Shown: piece after piece, positions 57,028 through 63,855 of the stretch
Numbering within the stretch: the first letter of the stretch is position 1
Layout: every line of letters begins with the position of its first letter
IMG/VR virus record: IMGVR_UViG_3300022698_000087
Location: 1-63,855 of that record
Reading direction: 5' to 3' (one strand)
DNA length: 63,855 nucleotides
Source of the DNA: a virus
Taxonomy: Duplodnaviria > Caudoviricetes
Made by a program: the position numbers and the translations under genes
The notes under the pieces: model-generated
What the model was told of the DNA's origin: nothing
What the model saw: only the letters and a program-made list of their open reading frames with translations
The model's database searches: none

Positions 57028-57367
57028 TACTTAAGGCCCCCGCTCATAAAGTTTTCCCATTGAATCCGCAAAGCCTTATGGTATTGGCGTTTTGTGAGTC
57101 TTTCACCACATCGGCCACAGTAGTATCTTGATAGGCCAAATCTAGTAGTCCTTAACCCTGGCCGATGATATAGAAATAGGCAAATTAGTCGTTTCATCGG
57201 TGGGCCCCCTAGTTGTTCTGCAGAACGCGGATAGTGTCCGCGTATGACTTTTCACAGGCTTTACTTGTTTCGTTGGCCCAACGTCCACAGGAAACCGCAA
57301 GCCATATAAGGAATAGAAACCCCATTCCAACGATTGCCATCTTTGTTATCATTCTTGCGTTGAACAT
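57027..57367 (-). CDS. Two tiny ORFs (57209-57367, TM-containing; 57027-57197, CxxC)
   Basis: Hand-translated; below ORF-track cutoff; first has GAAAGGG SD and a promoter-like TATACT at 57408-57413. Confidence 0.5.
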
Positions 57368-57507
57368 CGGTTTTCCCTTTCTAATGTGGTTTCGTTTCTC
57401 TACTTACAGTATACACAATATGAGCAAGAAAACAAACATAGACAGAAAAATTCTATTGACGTTTTCCATATAATAGGATACACTGGAGAAGATGCACCAA
57501 AATAATG

Positions 57508-57668
57508 TTATCGGACTATGGAACCAATATGGTCCGATAATGTCTAATGTTATGGGACCACGGAGGTCACTTGTTATCGGACGTTGGCTGCGTGCATGTT
57601 ATCGGACGTGTGACTGCGGGCAGGTTATCGGACGTGTGACTGCGGGCAGGTTATCGGACGTGTGACTG
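57508..57668. repeat. Array 2 of GTCCNATAA motif (7 copies; last three in a 26-bp tandem repeat)
   Basis: 57508, 57532, 57550, 57574, 57599, 57625, 57651. Confidence 0.92.
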
Positions 57669-57688
57669 TGTTAGATAGACATCAAACA

Positions 57689-57848
57689 CCAACCCACCCT
57701 CTGCAGAAGCCAACCCACCCTTTGACAAGGCCAACCCACCCTCAACCCACCCTTCGCAGGTGCCAACCCGCCCTCTAAGGCCGCGTCCAGAAGCCAACCC
57801 ACCCTCTGCAGGCTCCAACCCACCCTCAACCCACCTTCAATCCGCCCT
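57689..57848. repeat. Iteron-like array of (C)CAACCCACCCT (9 copies incl. variants)
   Basis: 57689, 57710, 57731, 57743, 57763, 57794, 57815, 57827, 57838. Confidence 0.9.
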
Positions 57849-58135
57849 TGAAGCTCTGAGGCCCAGAGGAGCACGCAGAGCACGTGTCGCCGGGTATTTG
57901 AGCCCAGTCGGTCGCTATCTGCCAGGGGTAGATCAACTTTGTGATCCAAAGCTTTCAAAAGTGGTTCTTGGTTGTACTCCATAAGTATAGTATTTATATA
58001 CTCTTAACAACTTATCAACAAATACAACATTTATTTAGTCAGTAAGAAACTACAGATCCACCAACAACCTCGCGTGTTCCTGGGCCCTGAAAATCCTCCG
58101 AAGTGAAAACAAAGTGGTAAAAGTTGTCTTCTTGT

Positions 58136-58230
58136 TAAGTCCTTCAACCATAAGCACTTAGTCGTCATTACTAAGAACCACTTTTTCAAAAAGCTGTCCA
58201 CTACGTAAGTCCTTCAACCATAAGCACTTA
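58136..58230. repeat. Two identical 25-bp imperfect palindromes TAAGTCCTT-N7-AAGCACTTA, 70 bp apart
   Basis: 58136-58160 and 58206-58230. Confidence 0.9.
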
Positions 58231-58423
58231 CATTTTCTCTACTGCACAGCTAGGCAAAATACAATCGTCATAATCGTTACAACCATATCTAATCGTCACA
58301 ATCGATACTGAAATAATCACTACAATCGATACAATCGGAAATGCCATAATCCATACAACCGGCACAAATAGAAAAAGACCACCAGTTTGGTAGCCTTTTC
58401 GTAATCGATACAACCGCTACAGA

Positions 58424-59151
58424 TTATATAAACCAGTTCGGAAGCTCCTCCACTTCGCCACTGGCCAGTCCGCGAATGGCCATGAATCCAGATCTAGCAA
58501 CCGTTCGGGGCTTCCGAGACTCCCTGATGGGGGCCTCGGCTTCACATCCCGTCCACGCTCGATCTAGGGCCTGGAGCGTCTTGTACCACACTCTTTTCGT
58601 GTAGCAGTTCATCCAGTACCATCCCTCGCGGTGCCTGAGAGCGTAGCAGCCCTCTGTGACCGGCCACGCGGTCATTTCCGACATCGTATGGCCCCGCTCG
58701 TTGACCAGCTCCAGATCGTCCCACAGGAGGCCCTGCTTGGCCATCATGCCGGAGACCTTCAAGGCCACAATCGCCCGATCTCTGGATTGGTAGCCGAGCA
58801 CGGCTCCTTCCTTCCTCGGACCCGGCGTGAACACGTCGCCACCCTTCATTCTAAGCCACCACATTAGGCATCTCCAGACCAAACACATTTGATATTTGAT
58901 ACGGGCACATCTTCGTCAATCCACCATGCGTTCCCAAACTTGTTGTGATGGTCAGGAAGCTTGTGACAATTGTTGGGGCTGTATCCGTGAACCGAATAAA
59001 TCACCCTACGTTGAACCTTGATAGCCCAAGCCATCGCGGCGGTTATGGAGTCGAAGCCGCGTACAGGCTTTAGTATTGCGTCGGTTTTTCGATACCTCCA
59101 AGCTAATTTACCTGTAGCTACATGGTACAGTGTTAGCGGTTTGCCGTCCAT
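58424..59151 (-). CDS. Two hypothetical genes (58424-58864, 58864-59151)
   Basis: Coupled ORFs. Confidence 0.55.
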
Positions 59152-59443
59152 ATCGTCTCCTCTTCAGATTCTCAGCGAATGTCACAAGCTCCAGGTGCTC
59201 CGGATTGCAACAGGCTCGATTGTAGCAAGTATGGTCCACCGTGAGACCGGTCGGCATGTCACCAACGAAGCAGGCCCACGACACTCGATGCACGCGGTGA
59301 ATCCGACCGTCGTACCAGATCTTCCCGTAGCCGTGTTTGTCAAGGCAGCGAGCCCAGGACCAGCAGTCACCGTCAATCCGGAGACCGGCCAGCAGGCGAT
59401 AGACCACACTGGGCTCCCAGATCCTTGTCACGGCGTCGATCAT
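59108..59443 (-). CDS. HNH endonuclease (HNH_3 type)
   Basis: CW.W......GYG....HRVSW...VDH.C.N..C.NP.HL. Confidence 0.9.
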   Translation of the reverse strand: MIDAVTRIWEPSVVYRLLAGLRIDGDCWSWARCLDKHGYGKIWYDGRIHRVHRVSWACFVGDMPTGLTVDHTCYNRACCNPEHLELVTFAENLKRRRYGRQTANTVPCSYR

Positions 59444-59670
59444 CCTATGTGTGCCTCCGAAGCGAGGACCGGGGGACGCCATTCGATGTAGTGCGTAGGT
59501 TCCCACTGTCTCGTTGCTATTTTGAAGGTAAGGCCATCAGCAGACACACAGACGAAGTATTCCCCGTCGCTCTTCCAGTATCCAACCACGGCAATGTCAC
59601 GGCCTTCGCAGCCCAGCAACACAAGTTGGCCGGTCTTGGCCAGATCGTCAATCGGTTTCCAGTCCATCAC
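59440..59670 (-). CDS. DUF551-like protein
   Basis: W.PI.....G..VL ... PTHY. Confidence 0.65.
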   Translation of the reverse strand: MMDWKPIDDLAKTGQLVLLGCEGRDIAVVGYWKSDGEYFVCVSADGLTFKIATRQWEPTHYIEWRPPVLASEAHIG

Positions 59671-59694
59671 TTGTTCTCCCAGTATTCTCTCAGC

Positions 59695-60300
59695 TTAACC
59701 TAGATAGACACGTTCTTTCTTGCTGTTCACGATGAAGCTTTCCCACCTCTCCGGGTCGAAGTATGAATTGGCTCTATGAGCCCACGCCGGATAGGATGGA
59801 ATCATCTTAGGCTGTCGATTTTGAGACGGAGACATCGGATGAATGTTGACGAGACCGCCACCCTCGTAGGTGCGTAGCTTCTGCATATAGCGATCATACT
59901 GCTCATCGGTGTAGAGACGGACTCCCCGGAAGTAGAAGTGATAGCAGGCCTTAACAAGTACCCTGCGTAGGCTTTCGTATCCGATTGCGGCCTCTTGGAT
60001 CTGGCGACGGGTCCAGTAGCTCTTGCATACGTTGTCCTCCATGTCACCAAGGATATTGAACTGAGCGAGCATGTAGTGCGTAGGCGTCCAGTCAGGCCCT
60101 TTGCCGTGGTCGTCCTGCCACCAGCCAGACAGATTTGTCGATACGCATCCCTGGGCGTTGATGTCGAATGTGGTTTCTTGTGGCCCCACCCAGCGATAGA
60201 GTCCTATATTGGTTACAGCACCAATAGTATTGACGCCGACAAGTATGATCTGGCGTCCGTCTTTCGGTGCTTCACTTATCGGGTAGCACTTGTGCATCAT
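59695..60300 (-). CDS. DUF551-like domain fused to NAD-ligase subdomain Ia-like helix pair
   Basis: PISEAPKDG...PTHY; then Y.FY..G....TDEQYD ... P.SP.Q. Confidence 0.55.
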   Translation of the reverse strand: MMHKCYPISEAPKDGRQIILVGVNTIGAVTNIGLYRWVGPQETTFDINAQGCVSTNLSGWWQDDHGKGPDWTPTHYMLAQFNILGDMEDNVCKSYWTRRQIQEAAIGYESLRRVLVKACYHFYFRGVRLYTDEQYDRYMQKLRTYEGGGLVNIHPMSPSQNRQPKMIPSYPAWAHRANSYFDPERWESFIVNSKKERVYLG

Positions 60301-60474
60301 GACTATCTCTCCTTTACTATGTGGGCTCCCAACCGGTCATCAGTCCAATTGGGAGCCCTCGACGTATTTTAATAAGCAAATGAGGTCGTGGCTACCGCAT
60401 GATAAGCTCCTCCAAAAGGTTTCGACTTTCTCTTCATCACTCGTCCCTAATTGTACCAGAAAGGCCAAGGGATG

Positions 60475-63337
60475 TCAAGAAGTTTCTTTCCACTCCCACG
60501 GCCACAGCTTCACGGCGTATCCGTCGTCCCCCATGACCCAGGTGCCTCGGCGACCATTGACCTCCGGCAGGGTGGTCATCTCTCGACCGTTAGTGAGCCC
60601 GAAGTTCATGCCGTGAATGTCGATATCGCGTGTCAAGATTATCTTCTTAGCATGAGCCATCGCAGGGACGCCATCCACAAATATCGCAGGCCATAGGAGA
60701 ATCTCCGCATCCTTCAGCGGCTTCTCCGTCAATAGTTGGTGAGCCACATTGGGGGCACTCTCCGTTGATATCCTCTTCTCGATACTCCATTGAATTACAG
60801 CAGCTCATTTATTCCACTCTCTCCTCTCTATGACGAAGTGTCTCCCATGCTTTGCTCGAATGTCACGGGCTACTCTGTTCATATAGGTTGTCTGTCTGTT
60901 TAGTGCGGCCTTTGTTCCTTCAAAGGCGATGATTCCTTCTCTAGTCACAGATCCTACTCTGATGAATCCAGCCGCCATTAGCCGTTCGTAGATTTCGTGC
61001 TTAGCATCTTCGCATGCAAAGTCATAACTATGCCACTCCGGATGTTCCCCCGACCTATCAAGCTCATCGCAGACATTCCAAGCCTCATCAATCTTATCCT
61101 TAATGTCCTGTAGCTCAGGAACTCCAGGAAGTTTGAACAGCACTGAGATGTGATTGAAAAGGTCACACCCGATCATTTCTCCGGAGGGACAGATCCAGCC
61201 GAATCCAGTTTTGTAGATCTCATCAGTATTCATTTGAACGGTAACTCCTTCCAATAGTGCATGTCGAGCTGTGTAGGACATACTGTTTCATAATCGCACC
61301 ACGTCTTCTCCAGATCATCAAAGTAGACGGCACCCGCAGTAAGGTCGTCCCCACGAAATCCACATACAGCAATGACAGTACCATCCTTCGGGGCTTCCTT
61401 CATCGGCTTCCATGCCAGTATCTTCTCAGCGTCCGCACAGTTTTGAATGGCCACGGCCACCTCCGTCCGCATGACGATAGATTCGATAGGCATTGGCGGA
61501 ATGGTGTTACTGTTCACTGGCAGAAGGAAGATCTCCACCAGCTTCTTGTCACGCATCGATGTATCACGCAGTACGATCTTTAGCATGGTGTGAACTCGCA
61601 ATCATCGTGGTACTCTCGCAGCCAGTCCATGATTCTGTTCCGGTCATGCTCACATTGACATCGGAAGATGATTTTGCCGTCACAGGCTATGCCATAATTC
61701 AGTGGCTCTTCGGTGCGGACGTATCCAAATGGAAGACCTTGTTCGTCCGTGATATGGGCGGGTACACCTAACCAGGGAGTACGTTCCACCCAGGCGGCTG
61801 CATCCTCTAACGCCATAGCTAGAGAACGATCAGGACGTTTTGAGTCCTCAATCTTCAGTGTGATTGTCACAAGTTTCATCGTAAACCTCCAACGATAATG
61901 TCGTCGAACATCTTAAGCTTCACAGTTCTCAAGCTCTCTCCTTTCAATGATCTCTGTTTCGGTCAGTCCACAGACGCGGCACTGTCGAATCCCAGTACAT
62001 GGAATGCGTCCGGTGTACGGCATGTGCTCGTGCTTGCACTCATACACCTCAAAGATGAATCCGTAGGTGGTGACGAACGATTTGCCATCCTGAAGAGATC
62101 GTACATCTTCTCCAGCGGCCTTATACGCTGCTAACGCCGGGCTTACCGCCCATTGAAGGCTGTAGTCCTGCAGGCGTCGTCCTTCTCGTCTCCAAACGAC
62201 AAACGGCTTCATGCTTTTACTTCTCTTCACGGTGCTACTCCTAGAATGGCTTCCACGTCAGTCGGTCTAAGATCCAGCTGTTTACCGACCATGTAAATCT
62301 CTGCTCAAGTCGTTTTCTATGTCCCAGCTCCTCGATAGTTCGGAACACCTTGATGTCCCTCGGCCGGAAGCAGTGGATACACCAGCCATCAATAATCACT
62401 CTTCGGCATTCTGGACATATCTTATACAGATTGTTCTTTAATGATGCCATTGAATCTAACCTCAGTCTCACTTCCTCGATGTTCGGAGTCGGCAAGCAGC
62501 CTTCCTGCCGCAGATGCCACGTGGGCCGGAAAGATGACTATCTCCTCACCGTCAAGCTCCTCAGTGGCCGGACGCATGGAGTCATGGATCAGCTGCTTCA
62601 GATCCTCGACGATATGCCCAGAGCAGTAGCCAGCGGCCTTTAGCGTCCGCCAGACGTCCCTCAGTTCCGAAAGCTGATCGGCAGAATCACAGCTGAAGTT
62701 CATACTTCGCTTCGCAAGGATCGACTCTGCCATATTGCGTTCGGCCTGAAGATCTTCATGGTTTGCCGTGGTGACATCTTCCAGAGCCTTATCGATTTGC
62801 TGCATTCGATAACGAATGGCCGCACTCGGCAGCTTATGAAGCTTTTCACTTATTGCACCCCAGCCTATCTTCATCACATCACCCCCACAATTTCGTATTC
62901 GTTTCCACCCGTGTTGAATTTGGCTCCCACGTGAAGGGACATCGGAAGCTTGTGCATGGCCACATATCCATCCTCTGCCCACTGACCAAGATTATACCCA
63001 GTCAGTTCACGAAGATACAGCAGCTTTCTGGACCGGCCGTTGATTCGGCAATGTATCCGTGTCTGAAATCTCACTAGCTTAATCATCAGTTCCTCCACCA
63101 GCACGAAGTTGCTATTCCACTAATGCCCATCCCATATGCCTCTTTCGTTCGGTCGATGTGGTGGTTCTCCATGATATGCATAGTCGTGATTCCATCCACG
63201 TCTCTTTGCATTGTCACCACATGCTGGTGTTCGTCCAGCAACCCCTTACAGGCCTCTTCCTCCATGATGGCAATCAGGAACACCTTACCTCCAGCACAGG
63301 TTCGCTTGAACATTAGACCAGCGTGTGGTTTAGCCAT
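60475..63337 (-). CDS. Run of small early hypothetical genes (60475-60747, 60805-61281, 61230-61601 DUF551-like, 61580-61879, 61913-62230, 62241-62495, 62422-62874, 62874-63104, 63086-63337)
   Basis: Contiguous/overlapping minus-strand ORFs; no recognisable domains except W.P...APKDG. Confidence 0.55.
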
Positions 63338-63855
63338 TCATCACCTCACAATTCTCGCAGGCACTTCCGTCCCCCATGGCATGCTCACACGTCACGCAGG
63401 GAAGACCATCTTCATCAATGTCCATATCCTTCTCACAGAAGGCGTCCAGCTCTGACAAGGTCACGCCGGTGCCGTCCGCGTAGATGTCCTTCGGATCTGT
63501 CCACTCTGGAAAGTCACCATAGGCGTCCGTCTTGTGCAGCTTGCCGTCTATGCCGACCTTCCAGCCACAGTCCGCGTCGCCCACCTGGGCGTTCTGGATG
63601 GCGTCGTCAATCTCACTGGGCTTGACTGCAGGAATACCTGCAAAGAAGGTCTCTCCGACGAAGTCGTGGGCCGTCAGGCCAACACCCAGGAGCTGATACA
63701 TATCCAGCAGATGAGCACAGCTTTTGCCCCGTGCCTTCCGCCAGTCTGTGTAGTACGACCAAGCGAAACCGCCGAAGAAGTCCTTGTGCTCTGCCTTAAA
63801 GGCTTCTGCGTCCTCGTGCTTCTCCAGCATGGCGTCTATGTGTCCACATGCCGTC
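63330..63855 (-). CDS. Hypothetical protein (3' part; starts at position 209 across the junction, ~212 aa)
   Basis: Open frame continuous through terminal overlap. Confidence 0.75.
   Translation of the reverse strand, partial: TACGHIDAMLEKHEDAEAFKAEHKDFFGGFAWSYYTDWRKARGKSCAHLLDMYQLLGVGLTAHDFVGETFFAGIPAVKPSEIDDAIQNAQVGDADCGWKVGIDGKLHKTDAYGDFPEWTDPKDIYADGTGVTLSELDAFCEKDMDIDEDGLPCVTCEHAMGDGSACENCEVMNG
63757..63855. repeat. Second copy of 99-bp terminal overlap
   Basis: Identical to 1-99. Confidence 0.97.

Noticed and set aside
54692-57848. CRISPR or mini-CRISPR arrays
   Set aside because: The repeats are only 9-12 bp with irregular short spacing (mixed orientation for the 9-mer), and there are no cas genes
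57671-57982. 103-aa ORF with RVGW repeats
   Set aside because: It is a translation of the DNA repeat array, and several repeat spacings (11, 20, 31 bp) do not preserve frame

Overview
This window is a complete, circularly assembled ~63.76-kb lytic tailed-phage genome: bases 1-99 repeat 63757-63855, and an ORF reads across the join. Essentially every real gene is on the minus strand. The morphogenesis block (terS/terL, portal, scaffold, major capsid, connector/tail-completion genes, tail tube, -1 frameshifted tail chaperone, tape measure, DUF2163/tail tip) and the replication block (SNF2 helicase, RecD/Dda-like helicase, family A DNA polymerase, primase-SF3 helicase) resemble YuA/M6-like (Mesyanzhinovviridae-type) siphoviruses. 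This resemblance is from recall, not a search. I found no integrase, repressor, CRISPR, canonical tRNA, base-modification cluster or recognisable endolysin. Accessory genes include RtcB, a T5-A1-like nuclease next to a 5'-nucleotidase and a doubled DUF5664 protein, a membrane-anchored trypsin-like protease, HD, DUF2284, ASCH-like and HNH proteins. Two features stand out. (1) A promoter- and boxA-led non-coding transcript at 6.5-6.9 kb, upstream of the rtcB gene run, contains a tRNA-shaped RNA whose anticodon loop is replaced by a ~85-nt structured module, followed by a second ~225-nt structured RNA. (2) A 9-bp motif GTCCNATAA forms two dense arrays bracketing a ~2.4-kb gene island and sits in or beside most predicted promoters. 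It is accompanied by a CCAACCCACCCT iteron/G-quadruplex array whose miniature copy is embedded in the protease gene. All protein calls are by motif recognition only.
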